From the NCBI RefSeq assembly GCF_009914755.1, contig NC_060933.1: a DNA stretch of 64,000 nucleotides; one strand, 5' to 3'. How positions within the stretch are numbered: the first letter of the stretch is position 1; each line of letters starts with the position of its first letter. Below, in pieces: positions 41,390-54,720 of the stretch. This DNA is from the human T2T-CHM13v2.0 reference genome, Homo sapiens. The position numbers and the translations under genes are program-made. The notes beneath the pieces are model-generated. The model was not told the DNA's origin. It saw only the letters and a list, made by a program, of their open reading frames with translations, and did no database searches.

Positions 41390-44300
41390 CTTTTTAAAAG
41401 GGAATCTTAATGAGATACAGTTTTACAGGCAATAAAATGTATCCATTTGAATGCATGTTTTAATGTGTTTTGACAAATCTATAGGTCTATGTAACCACCA
41501 CCATGATCAAAATATAGAAAATTGTCATCTCCTCTAAAAATTCTCTCATAACTCACCCTGTCAATACCTCCCACCCCTGGCCTGGGTCCACATGGATCAG
41601 CTTTCTGTTACAATAGACTAGATTTGCCTTTTATAGTGTTTCATGTGAGTGGCATCATACAGCCGATGATATTTTGTTTCTGGCTTCTTTTAGCCAGTAC
41701 AATGTTTTTGAGATTCATTCATGTGTATATCAGTAGCTCATTTCTTTGACTGTGCAGTACATTGTATGGCTATATCACAGTTTGCTTATACAGTCACTGT
41801 TTCATTGACATTGGATTATTTCCAGTTTGAGAGTACTGTATTATGAATAAAGCTACTATGAGCATTTGTGGACAAGTTTTTATGTGGACAAGTCTTTATG
41901 TGGGCGCATGTTTTTATTGCTCTAGGGCAGGGGTGTCCAACCTTTTGGCTTCCCTGGGCCACACTGGAAGAAGAAGAATTGTCTTGGGCCACACATGAAA
42001 TACACTAATACTAACGATAGCTGATGAGCTTAAAAAAAATTCTATGCATAATTTTCATTATATCCACTACCACAGATAAGCAAAAAAGTCCTTGCATTCA
42101 AAGAGTTGGACATGGCTGCTCTACGGTAAATGCTTAGGAGTGGAATTGCTGGATTATGTGGTAAATGAATGCTTAACTTTCAAAGCAACTATTCACCGGT
42201 TCTCAAAGTATCATTTTACATACTTACCGGCAACATATGAGAATTCCAGTTGCCCTACATCCTGTCTGCACTTGATACTGTCATTCATTTTAATTATAGC
42301 CATTCTGGTGTGTGTGTGTCCTGCCATCTCACTGTCATTTTTTTTTGGTATTTGTCTAATGACTGTAATGACAAATGACGTTAAGCATCTTATGTGCTTA
42401 TTGTCTATTTGTATACTTTTCTGGTAAAGTATCTGTTCAAATATGTTAAAAATGGGATTTTCTTATTATTACTGAGTTGAGGGAGTTATTTATATATTCT
42501 GGACACAAGTCCTTTCTCAGAATCTTGTATTGTTGGTAGCTTGCCTTTTCATTTTCTTAACATCTTCAAAGAGCAGCACTTCAGATTTTGATGAAGTTCA
42601 ACTTATATAATTTTTTCCTTTTATGGTTAGTGAATTTTGTGTCAGATCTAAAGACATCTTTGCCTAATCCAAGGTCAAAAAGATTTTCTCCTATGTTTTC
42701 TTCTAGAAATTTAATAATTTTGTTTTTTTATGTCTAGTTCTATGATCGATTCACATTAATTTTTGTGTATAATAGGAGGTGAAGGTCAGGTTCATTTTGT
42801 TTCCATATTGATATCTAGTTGTTCTAGCACCATTGATTGAAAAGTCCATCTTTCCCTCCATTGAATTACCTTGGCATTTTTGTCAAAGTCAATTGACTGT
42901 GTATGCTTGGGTCTATTTTAGGTCTCTCTAATCTGTTCCATTAATCTTTATGTCAATCCTTTTGCCGGTAGCACACTGCGTTAAGTACTGTAGATTTATA
43001 ATTGGCTTGAAATCAGGTGGTTTAAGTCCTTTAAATTTGTTCTTCTTTTTCAACTTATTTTATTCTAGGTGTTTTGGTTTTCCATATACATTTTATAATC
43101 ATCTGGTCAATTTCTACCAAAAAAAAAAAAAAAAAGCCTGCTAAGTGTTGATTGGGATTGCGTTGAATCTGTAGATCAATTTGGGGGAGAATATATAGAT
43201 CAATTTTAACAATATTGAGGCTTTCAATCAAAGAATATATTATCTCTCCATTTCTTTGGGAGTTCCTTAATATCACTCAGTGATGTTTTATAGTTTTTCT
43301 CCTAGAGTATTACATATATTTTGTTAAATATATCATTATATATATCATGTTTTTTGGACACGTCTGTAAATGGTATTTTGTAAATTCAATATTTAAGTGT
43401 TCATTACCAGTACATAGAAATACAATTCAGTTTTGAACATTGACTTTATATCTTGGAACTGTGCTAAACTCACTCATTAGTTCTAGTTGCTTTTTATTAG
43501 ATTTCTTAGGATTTTCTATGTATACAATTATAGGGCTTGTGTTTTCATTTTAAAATATTGTTTTACTCTGTCTCATCCCATATGTATGTATTTTGCTGGG
43601 ATTGTGTATTTTATTTCTGTTTCATGCTTTATTGCATTGGTTAGTGCCTCCTGTATGGTATAGAATCTAAGTGGTGAGAATGGATATTTTGACTTGTTAC
43701 CAGTTTTAGTGAGAAAGAAATCTTCACCATTAAATATGATTTTTACATGAGGTTTTTAATAGATACTTTTTGTCAAATTGAAGAATTTTCTTCTATTTCA
43801 GGCTTGCTGAGAGTTTCAAATCATGCATGACCGTTGAGTTCTGTCATTTTTTTCCTGAATTTATTGAAATAATTATATGGCTCTTCTCATTTATTCTATC
43901 CAATATTGTGATTAATATTAATTGATTTTCAAATGTCAAACCAATTTTGTGTTCCTGGGATAAATGTAGTCAGTCATTTTATACACTTCTGGATTCAGTT
44001 TGCTAAAATATAAACATTTTTGCCTCTCTGGTTATGAGGAACATTGTTTTGTGGTTCCTTCTTCTCTCCCTGCCTTCTTTCCTTCCTTCCTTCTTTTTCT
44101 TGCATTGTCTTTGTCTAGTTTTGGTGTCATGGGAATGCTGACCTCACAAAATGAGTTGGAAAATTCTCCAACTCATTTTGAAAGAGTTTGTATAATATTT
44201 GTGTTATTTTTCCTTAAATGTCTGATAGAATTTATCATTAAGCCATCTAAGTCTGGAATTTGTTTTGTTTGCAACTTTTAATTACAAATCCAATTCCATA

Positions 44301-45140
44301 ATAGATATAGAAGTTTTCAGATTTTCTATTTCTTTTTAAGTTAAGTTTTGGTAATTTCTGTCTTTCAAGAAACTTTTCCATTTCACTGAGTTGTCAAATT
44401 TTTTGGGAAAAAGCTATTTGTAAAATCCCCTTATTATCCTGCTAGGATCTATGTTGATGTACCTTTTGAGTTCCTGATATTGGTAATTGTGTCTTTATTC
44501 TTTTTTTTTTTTGCCTTGATCAGTCTGGTTAGAGATTTATTATTTTTTTCCATCTTTTGGTTTTATAGATTTACTCCATTTGTTTTCTCTCCTTCTAGTT
44601 CATTGATTTCTATTCACTAATAATTCCTCCCTTCTCCTTCTTTTGGGTTTATTTACTCTTCTTTTTTAAGCTTCTTCAGGTGGGAGCTTACATTATTGAT
44701 TTTAACCCTATCTTTTTTCTAATATAAACATTTAAAGCTATGCATTTCCCTTCAGGCACTCTCTTAGCTACATCCCACTCATTTTAATATACAGTGTTTT
44801 CATTTTTATTTGGTTCAAAATGTTTCTTATTTGCCTTGTGATTTCTTATTTGATCCATGTGTTATTTATAATGACTTTAATTTCCAAATATTTAGAAATT
44901 TTCAAAATATCTTTCCGTTACTGATTTCCAGTTTAATTCTGTTGTAGCCAGAGGTCATACTCTGCATAATTCAATCTCTTAAAAATTGTTGAGACTTTTT
45001 TATGGCCCAGCATGTGATCTGTCTTAGTGAATGCTCCATGTGTGCTTGGATAATGTGTATTCTGCTGTTGTTGGGTGGAGCATTCCTTAAATGTCAATTA
45101 AGTTCAGTTGGTTGATAGCACTGCTGATATTCTTACTGAT
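41390..45140 (-). mobile_element. Old L1M element (~3.7 kb; 3' UTR plus degraded ORF2)
   Basis: AT-rich antisense L1: atgtaaccaccaccatgatcaaaatatagaa...ttgattgggattgcgttgaatctgtagatcaatttgggg...gctgacctcacaaaatgagttgg...tatggcccagcatgtg. Confidence 0.88.
41928..42118 (+). mobile_element. MER30 (MER30B-like) hAT transposon nested in the L1
   Basis: caggggtgtccaaccttttggcttccctgggccac...gttggacatggctg; 8-bp TSD ctctaggg / ctctacgg. Confidence 0.9.
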
Positions 45141-45834
45141 GGTTTAAATCATTTTTATAATGTGTTCTTACACAAACGAGATTGTGTATATTACAAGAAA
45201 AATCAGATGATCCAGATGTAATAGGGTACCTGAGAAGGCAGAGACTCATTAGTTTTTTTTTAATCAAGAGAAGTGGGATCATAAAATCATCTTGAAGCAG
45301 ATCCCTCAGTTAACTGAGAATACCTTGAATGGCCTTCTTAATCAGGCTATTAATCAGAAGGTAGAGCCAGAAGGCTTCGGTCTTTGGGGTTCCGGTGTAG
45401 ATAGTCACTCCCTTAGATCTCTTGCAAATTGAGTAGGTACAGAGCAGGGATGACTACTTGTGTAAAAAGCCTTTAGAAGATAGTATAGTACTCTGCCTGA
45501 TTAAGGAGGTCATTGGAAGGATTTCTCAATTAACTACAGGATCTGCTTCAGTTGCAGGGTGGATAAGGTGGTTCCATCTGAGTCCCCAGGGCAGGAAAGG
45601 GCCATGAGACCCATGGAATGATCTTATGGAGAAGGGTGGCCTAGCCAGGTGAGCTGGGAGGGCTTGGAGGCAAGCCTGGTTTTGAGGCCCCCTGCTTGGG
45701 TGAGTGAACAGGTCACACCCCCACTAGATGTGGGTCTGGTTCTCAAGGAGGTTACCATGCGTGTGCACAGATAAAATATTCACAAACTCTGAGACTCACG
45801 AACCTGGGAAATCTAAACTTCTTGTCCTCTATAG

Positions 45835-46185
45835 CAGGGGTCCCTAACCCCTGGTACCAGTCTGTGGCCTGTTAGGAACCAGTGGCCTGTTAGGAACCGG
45901 GAGGCACAGCAGGAGGTGAGCTGCGGGTGAGTGAGCTTTACTGCTAGAGCCCCGCCTCCTGTTAGATCAGCAGAGCCCTTAGATGCTCATAGGATTGCGA
46001 ACCCTGTTGTGGACTGCGCATGCGAGGGATCTAGGCTGCACGCCTTATGGGAATCTAACTAACGCCTGATGATCTGAGGTGGAACAGTTTCATCCCAAAA
46101 CCATCCCTCCCCATCCCCATCTCCTGTCTGTGGAAAAATTGTCTTCCACGAAACGTCCCTGGTGCCAAAAAGTTGGGGACTGCTG
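45835..46185 (+). mobile_element. MER1B hAT-Charlie transposon, full length
   Basis: caggggtccc...tggcctgttaggaacc...ctgcgcatgcgagggatctagg...ggtgccaaaaagttggggactgctg; perfect 8-bp TSD ctctatag. Confidence 0.93.
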
Positions 46186-46399
46186 CTCTATAGGACCAAA
46201 GTTCCTGACTCTCACCTTCATGATGGTGGAAACAGAAACACAACATGAATGCTGGTGACTGAAGGGACCCCCCGCAGAGTGCAGTTTCATGAGAACTGAC
46301 CCTGCCAGGGAGGGCAGCGGCGACAGGGCAGCCATTCACTGAGCCCTTGTTACAAGCCAGGTACCGGCAGGCAGGTGAGTCAGTTCTTACCATGATTGG

Positions 46400-46540
46400 G
46401 CAAGATGAGTCCTATTGCTGTACCCATTTTAGCTTCAAGGAAGTAGAGGCTCAGAGAGTCTAGGAGATTGCTTCCTGTCCCACAAATAGAGTGGAGTTTG
46501 AATCCCAGACAATCCAACTGTAGAGTTCATGCTCTTCAAG
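46400..46540 (-). mobile_element. MIR fragment
   Basis: cccatttt...ggaagtagaggctcagagag...gagtttgaatcccagacaatc. Confidence 0.6.
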
Positions 46541-47189
46541 CTGGAGAGGTGGCCCAATCGCGGAGGTACTCGATTGCCAGGCTAGGGAGATTGGACTTTA
46601 TTCTGAAGGCAATGGCAGGCATGGAGAATTCTGGAGCAGAGCCAGAAGGATCCCTCTGGCAGCTGGGTGGAGGGTGCCTTGCAGTGAATGGTTAGTTAGG
46701 AAGCTGTTCAAGACAGAAAGAATCACAGTTAAACCCAAATCAGCCCTAAGCACCAGAGATGAAAGTCTGAGGGGACTGAGGATAGTGTGGGGAAGAAGAA
46801 ATTTCATCCAGTGTTAGAAATGGGCAGAGAGGTGGTTGGATGGAGAGATGGCAGACGGCATTAGAGGCATAGTGTGTGAGCGTCGGGGTCGGGGTGAACC
46901 TCTTTCCTCTGGCTCCTTGGTAAAGCCCAAGGGGAACAGGAGAGAAAATTCTGGACTAGAAATCAGGAGCCCAGGGTCCCAATCTTACCCTTGCCATGGG
47001 ATTCACTGTATGACCATGGGCAATTTGCTCCCCTTCCCTCAGCCTCGGTTTCCCCATATGTACACTTTGCAGGGTTGGTGTGAACAGTGCCTGAGACCTG
47101 TTTTGCAAAGGGGAGAGCCCCATAACTGGTCTTTCCATTTCTGCTCCTGGTCCTTCTAATCCATCCCCCGAGGGTGGCCAGACGGAGGT

Positions 47190-47505
47190 TTAAAGTTAAT
47201 TGCATCAAATGCCTGCACTGGTTTCCCTGCCCTGGCCCCTGCCTCCTGCTGCCTGGCTCCACTATGTTCTTAAAACCTACCGCTGGCTTTCACTGTACTT
47301 AAAAAATGTCCAAGCCCTTTCAATGGCCTTCAAGGCCCTGCGTGATCTGACTCCCGTTCACCTCCGGGATCTCATTTTCTCTCTCCCTCCTGGTCCTTCA
47401 CTGCATTCCAGTTATGCTGGCCTTCTTTTCAGTTTCTCACAACTCACCCAGCTCTTTCTTATCTCTGAGCAATTGCTGTTCCCACTGCTTGGAATGCCCT
47501 CCCCC
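47190..47505 (+). mobile_element. L2 fragment
   Basis: tggccttcaaggccctgcgtgatctg...gctgttcccactgcttggaatgccct. Confidence 0.7.
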
Positions 47506-48375
47506 TGTATCAGTTATCAGTCTCAGTTAACTGCTGGGTAACAAAACACTCCAAAACCTAGTGACTTGAAACAACAACCATTTGTGGTTTCTTGGGAGGC
47601 GGTGGGTGGGCTGGGCAGCTCTGCCGATTTGGTGGCACTGGTGGATCTCGGTTGGTCTTGGCTAGTTCACTCAAGCATTTGCAGGCAGCTGCGGGTGGAG
47701 CAGGTGGTTCTGTGGATCTTGATCTCGGCTGGGCTCCCTCACGTGTTGGTGGTTGATGGACAGTTGGTTGGTCTGGGCTGGTCTTGGCTGGGGTGACTTA
47801 GATAACCAGGCTTCTCTTCCATGTGCCTTTCCTTCTCCCTAGCAGGCCTGCTGGGGTGAAGGCAGGAGTCCAAGGAAAAAGGCAGAATCCTGAAGCATGT
47901 TTTCAGCCTCTGTGTGGGTCATTTCCTAACATCCTACTGCCCAAAGAAAACCACATGGCCAGGGCCAGAGTAAAGGGTGGGGAAACAGACTCTGCCTCTT
48001 TTTTTTTTTTTTGAGACAGGGTCCTGCTCTGTTGCCCAGGCTGGAGTGCAGTGGTGCAGTCATGGCTCACTGCATCCTTGCCCTCCTGGGCTCAAGCGAT
48101 CCTCCTGTCTCAGCCTCCTGAGCTGAGACTACAGGCGTTTGCCACCATGCCTGACTAATTATTTTTTCTAGAGATGGGGGTCTCTGTATGTTGTCCAGGC
48201 TGGTCTCGAACTCCTGGGCTCAAGTGATTCTCCTGTCTCAGCCTCCCAAAGTACTGGGATTACAGGCATGAGTCACTGCGCCTGGTGCTAGACTCTGCCC
48301 TTTTAGTGATAAGAACCAGCTATAAGATCACTGGGCAAAAGATCTGGACACAGAGAAAGGAGAAAAATTGGGGTA
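47506..48375 (-). mobile_element. MLT1 (F/G-like) MaLR LTR, interrupted by an AluJ
   Basis: tgtatcagtta...taacaaaacactccaaaacctagtgacttgaaacaacaaccatt...aacatcctactgcccaaagaaaaccacatggcc. Confidence 0.75.
47999..48287 (-). mobile_element. AluJ
   Basis: Reverse Alu; TSD agactctgcc at 47987 and 48290. Confidence 0.92.
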
Positions 48376-49214
48376 TATTTATCTCTGCCTCCTTCTTTCT
48401 ACCTAGTGCCTTCTCATGCATTGATGCCTCCTTGGAGGAGCCCTCCCTGACCATTCTGAGGGCAACAGTTGTTCCCTGGTTTTTCTCAGCCACAGCCCTG
48501 CTCTGCTTGGACCACCTTTGTCCCAGAATGCAAAGTAAGTGTTCAGCAAATATTTCTACGTCAACTAATAAACCATCACAATTCTTGGGGAAAGAATGAC
48601 ACTGTGCCCGTGAGTGGTCAGTCCCCTCCCTTTAAGTGCCACATCCCAGAAGTGCAGCCTCATAGAAAGCAGCTACCACATCAGCCTGTCCCCTGTCCCC
48701 TGTCCCCAGAGGAACCCTAGACCCTGAGGCTGCCCTTGCCATTAGAAATGAGGTTCTCAAGACTGGCTGAAAGCTTGTTGACCTAGTGGCCATGCCCTTG
48801 CTGGGAAGTCGCACTGCTCTGGTAGAGAGGGTCAGGCCATTCTGTCCCAGGAGACCCACAGGGCTTGCTCCATTGTCCTTCACTCTTAAAATAGATTTTA
48901 TAACCATGCTGTTGAGTGAAGACCTCCAGAGTCTCAGAACTCAGGTCAGAGCCTGAACTCAGGTCTGAAGCCCTGTGAGGTCAAGGTGGACTGGGGCTAC
49001 ACAGTGGGATATGGACAGGACAGGCCTCAGGGCCCCGCCTCTACCTCCCAGCTGTTTCCACCTACCCAGTCCCCATAGGACTTCTCTGTCCCTTTGTGTT
49101 GTGGCTGTAGTGGCATCTTTCTAGATGCCTGTCTGCTTGCTGTTTGGGGCAATGTATTGGGAGCAGGATATAAAACCGGGACCTCCTTCATTCTCCCCAA
49201 CACGAATGTCTATA

Positions 49215-49460
49215 GTAGTAATAATAATAAGAATAACCACAGCAACTACTATTGGCTTGGCATCACTACATGTAAGACATTTTGCATGCCTGGACTTACG
49301 TAATTCTCACAGTGATCGTGAGACTTGGTAACATCATCATCCCGTCTTCCAGATGAGAAACCAGACAGGGCGAAGGGTGTGCCTGAGGTTGCCCCACTAG
49401 GAGGTGGCAGAGCGAGGATTCAAACTCAGGTCTGATGCCAAAACCAACACCTTCCTCCAC
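49215..49460 (-). mobile_element. MIR
   Basis: taattctcacag...ccagatgagaaacc...ggattcaaactcaggtctgatgccaaa. Confidence 0.75.
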
Positions 49461-50479
49461 CACCAGGCCCAGGTTGCCCCTCAGCCTCCCCTCCAGCAGC
49501 CACACCTCTGGGTGGCTGCCCTTCCCTCCCTGCCCCTCAGCCCTGTAGGACCTGCATCTGCGTAAAACACTCGTGGGCTCTCTTTCTGCCACCTGAGTCA
49601 CTAAGCATCTGCCCTGGCTGGCCTCCTGGTGTCTGGGCTGGGAGCAGGCCTGGCTGCTGGTGCAGGGCCGGGAGAGCCATGTGCAAGCTACAAGTGTTGT
49701 CCTGCCAGGGGCCTTTGTCTCCCCCATAATGGGACCCAGCGCTCTCTCCAGGCCCCTGAGAGCCTGAGAGGCTGTGGGCCAAGGCCTTGGCAGAGCGGCC
49801 GGCTGAGGGCACTGAGTGGAAGCAGATGTGCCTGGGCTGCCTCTGGCCCGCTGCCCAGAAGAGCCTTTCCATCTGGAGCCCTCGGGCTTGGGGAGGATGC
49901 TCCGACTGTGAGAGCCGCGTGGGGACCGGACTCACACGAGGCTGCCTTGGACCAGAATATTTTAATCTGTTTGGTTTAAGAAAGAAACAAAGCCTCCATT
50001 TTTGTTGTGTGTGCCAGAGCTGGTTCTGAGCCAATGGTGGTGAGAGATTGACACCCAACCTCTGATACAGCTTATGCATGGGGAAACTGAGGCCTAGTGA
50101 GGGCGGAAGGACTTCCACAAGGTCACCTAGCATTTTGTGAACGTGGACATGCTATACCAATTAGAGTGACAATTGGGGCAGATCTGGGAGGGGTCCCCAG
50201 CCTTCCTAGAGCAAGGTACGTGTGGGCATCTTTCTTGTCTAGCCTGGGTGTGGGTTGCAGAGCCATGAGATTTTCTGGAAGGGAATCCCCTGCCACTCCA
50301 GGGAGGGGAGAGATAGCTAGTGTCCTCCTGTTCTGTCAGACTAAGTCCTACCGCAGAGACAAAGGGCTCCTTCACCAGTTACTGTCAAAACTGACATCTT
50401 CAGGGAGGGAGGGGACCCTGCCTTTCTCCAGTGATCCTGCTCGTGGGGTCTTTTGAGAGAGACAGCTCTGAACTGAGAT

Positions 50480-50600
50480 TGGGAGCCCTGAGTTCAAGTC
50501 TGGAATCTGCCTCTGACATGCTTTGTGACATTCGGCAAGCTGCTTCCCCTCTCTGAGCTTCCTTTTTTTCCATCTGCAAAATGGGGATAATTGTATCCCA
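50480..50600 (+). mobile_element. MIR fragment
   Basis: ctttgtgacattcggcaagc...catctgcaaaatggggataatt. Confidence 0.7.
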
Positions 50601-52831
50601 ATGTCTTCTGGGATAGCAAGAGTACACTTTGAAAATCTAGTCCCTCATCCATTTCTTGAGGGTGTCCAAAATCAGCCCTTTGAGGTGGGAGGAGCAATAT
50701 TCTCACTGCCTGGAAGGGAATGGACAGCTCAGAGAGGTGAAGTGACTTGCTCAGACACACAGCATCCGTGGATCAATGCTGTGGGGTTGGAAGGGTTTCC
50801 TGATTCCTAGTTCTGTGGTCATCTCCTCTCCGTGAGACCTGATGTCCTCTGCCAGACCACATAGAGACAGCAGACATGGCCTTCGGTGGGGTCCTCCACC
50901 ACCCCTCATGGAGAGGCCGAAAATGAGGGCAAGGGCCAAAGCATTGAGACTTGCTTCACCTATTGGAATGGGGTCCTGAGGATCGATGCGACACATGGCC
51001 TGCAAGTTGCCTGCAGCATGCCTGTTGGAGGGTGAGGTCAGCCAGTCTCTGCTTGCATAGCTCTCGGACAGGAAGCTTACTATTTGCTCAGGCAGCCTGT
51101 CTCATCCCAGCGACTGTGAGAAAGCATCCTCGGCCTGGGCTGAAACCTGACTCCTCTTCAAGGTCACTCCTGTTCCCCAACCCCCAAACTGTGCACATTC
51201 TGCTCCCCAGCCTGGGGTGGCCCACAGGCCCTAAAAATGGGCGAGCCTGGGGCTGCCTGGATTCGAGAACTTACAGCTCTCCCAGTCTCCCCTTCCTCTC
51301 ACTTGACCCCTGATGCGGAACAGCCTCCTTTCCTGAGGCTCTGATTACCCTGGAGCAGGCAGGCGGAACCTTTCTCCTCCACCCCTGGCAACACTGCTGG
51401 GCAAGCACACCACATCCTGCTCGTCCTACTGGAAGATGCCTCCCTCTGCATTGGGGAAGGGATGAGACTTCCGGGCCAGGCCAGCAGGAAGACTCACTGG
51501 TCCAGAAGTCAGAACACCTGAGTCACTTGACATGCACTCTCAGATGAGCTGCTGCACTGCTCTGTGCCTCAGCCGCTTTCATCTGTAGAATGGGATGGTC
51601 ATGATGCCTGGCCAGCAGGGCCCATGGAGCTTGTATAAAACCTGATGGGAGGGGAGGTTGCAGTAAAAGCCTTGGAGATGAAAACACTGGACACAGGTGA
51701 GGATTGTGTGGAGCAGAAGCATCTCACCCAGTTGAGATTCTGGACAAATCAGAGCCTCCCTGTCTCTCCGCAGCTGTGAACACCTACCTACCCCGCCAAG
51801 GCCTCCTGCAGCTGTGGACAGGTCCCTCTCTGCTGGGTCCCTCTCTGCTGGAAACTTCACAAATCCCTGGGGCCCAGGGCTGCTTTGGGGAGGGACAAAG
51901 CCGTGGGATGAATAGGGTAGGAAATTGATGTTCTCCTGATGGCAGTTTAAAACATTTTTAAAATATTGAAACAAACATGGATTTATGATGAAACAGGAGA
52001 ATTTGACATGAATTTGGAAGTGAACACATGAGGCTGAGGAGACTTAACGCAATTGCAGGCTTTTGCCTCACTGTGCTCTGCCACACACCCTGCCTCCTGT
52101 TCCCTCCCATCCCCTCTGTCCCTGCTCCTTCCCACCCACCCCCTGGTGTGGGCTATTCTCTTTCTGCAGTACAGAAACTTTAGGAAGACGGTCTGTGTGG
52201 CCCTGTGATGGAACAGGTCAACCCAACCCATCACATTTCTGATTAATGACCCCCAGGCCCTCTCCTCTACAAATTCTACCCTTCTTATTGATTACAAACA
52301 TACTCTTCAAAAACCTTGGTGAAATGTCCAAGCTCGTTTTCCTTCCTTAGAAATGGCAGTTGTTGTTGCTGTTGTCATCATAACCTTCATCACCTTCTTG
52401 CGTAGGCGGGTATTAGAATCTGCTTTTCTGAAAAACATGGGCCTGAGCCTGTTTGACTCATGGTCTCAACCTTGAAAGGCTCAAATTCAGAGAGGCTTAT
52501 GGGGTTCCTCAGGCCACCTCTTACCGGACTCTGTTCACTTGCACACAGGTCCCCTGGAGTCATTGGAATGCAGGTTCCTACTCGGAGGCCTGGGTTTCCA
52601 ACAATCTCCCAGGTGAGTCAGTGCTGCTGGTTCTGAGACCAACTTGGGCCCCAAAGGCAGTTGGTGATGGAGCTGGGCCTGGCGCCAGCCTCCTCTACCA
52701 TGATAGCCTGCCCACCCTCCTACCACCTGCCATCAGGGTGACCTGGAAAGCACTGGGGGGCCATAGACAAGTCTCAGATAGTTCTGCATCAGAAGAACCA
52801 GGCCTCCTCTTGCTATCTGTGTAAATAATTA

Positions 52832-53090
52832 TTGGGAGGCCGAGGTGGGAGGATCACTGGAGGCCAGGAGTTGGAGACTAGCCCGGACAATATAGCAAGA
52901 CCCCATCTCTAAAAAAAAAAAATTAAAAATTAGCTGGGTGTGGTGGCTCACACCTGTAGTCTCAGTTGCTGGGGTGGCTGAGGCAGGATGACTTGAGCCT
53001 AGGAATTTGAGGCTGCAGTGAGCTATGATTGTGTCACTGCACTCCAGCCTGGACAACAGAACAAGACCCTGTCTTAAAAAAATTAGAAAA
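52832..53090 (+). mobile_element. AluJ, 5'-truncated
   Basis: Starts ttgggaggccgaggtgggaggatc; J-type gcagtgagctatgatt. Confidence 0.9.
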
Positions 53091-53379
53091 TCAACATTCA
53101 TAACCTCCAATGTGATGAGTGATTCAGGTGAGAATCATCAGTGCATGTGAAGAGATCATGGAATGCCAGTGGTTGGGGAACAAGATATTCACAATTTTGA
53201 AGTATCACTCCAGAGATTTTGTATTCCCTGCAGACGGGGTGTGCATTGAGCATGGCAGGGCCGGGCAGCCAGCACCTCCCCAAAGCAGTCAGGCTGGCCC
53301 TTGTCCATGTGATGTGGGCTGACAGGATGTGCTGCCCTTGCTGGAAAAGTTCGGCCTGAAGCTAACCTGGGAATCGTGG

Positions 53380-53845
53380 GATATTATGCAGGACATGTGG
53401 CCTGGATTGTTCAAAAGATTTAGTGTCATGAGGAGCAGAGTGAGGGGGTACACACCAGCCAAATGCCAAATGCCATGCATGACACTTGACAGGATCCTGG
53501 ATTGGAAAAATAAATAGCAGCATGTTTTGGAGCAACTGGTGGAATGCGAGTGTGGACTTTGTGTTGGGTGATGTTGCCCAATGCTGATTATCCCTGGTGT
53601 GGCACTGGTGTGAGATTGCGTAGGAGGATGACCTTGGTCCTGAGAGATGGAGAGGTATCTGGGGGTGAAGTATCATGATGTCTGCCGCTTAATTTTGGAT
53701 GGTTTGGCAAAAGAGGGGGAGGAAGAAGAGAAATAGAGAGAGAGACAGAGCTCGATGGAGGGGATACAGTAAGATGTTAATGGTGGATCTCAGATAGGGG
53801 TATTCTTTCAACTATTCTGTGCATTAGAAAACCTTCCAAATTAGA

Positions 53846-53848
<3 letters not shown>
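53380..53848 (+). mobile_element. Ancient L1ME-like 3' end
   Basis: ccaaatgc...ggatcctggattggaaaaa...gggggtgaagtatcatgatgtctgc...tctttcaactattctgt. Confidence 0.6.

Positions 53849-53877
<29 letters not shown>
53849..53877. repeat. (CA)n microsatellite
   Basis: Pure CA run. Confidence 0.95.
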
Positions 53878-53879
<2 letters not shown>

Positions 53880-53887
53880 TGCAAATA

Positions 53888-54341
<454 letters not shown>

Positions 54342-54569
54342 TCATAAGACCCCTCTTTTCCCTCTCTTTCTCTCCCTGCAAAGCTGCAAGTACTTGTGTC
54401 AGTAGCCCTCTGCATCCTACACCTCCCCTGGCACCCCTGCCCTGGCCCCCAGGCCTTTCTTTGTGGGGTATCCCAGTCTTTCTCAACACCTGTTTGGCAG
54501 CTAGGGGCACAGGTTCACAGGTGGGACGCCTGGTGTGATGTCTCACTCTGGCATTTACATGCTGGGTGG

Positions 54570-54720
54570 ACTCAGCCAGATTATCTAACCTTTCTATGAC
54601 TCAGTTTTCTCATCTGTAAAATGGGGCAGAACATCAGCATCTACCTAAGAGTGTTGTTGGGAGGATTAAATGTCCTAACACCCCCGGAGCACGGGGCAGA
54701 GAGTAATTGCTCATGAATGA
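54570..54720 (+). mobile_element. MIR fragment
   Basis: ctcagttttctcatctgtaaaatgggg...gttgttgggaggattaaatg. Confidence 0.75.

Noticed and set aside
41390-45140. L1 as an active or ORF2-coding element
   Set aside because: Heavily decayed and 5'-truncated; only short broken frames remain.
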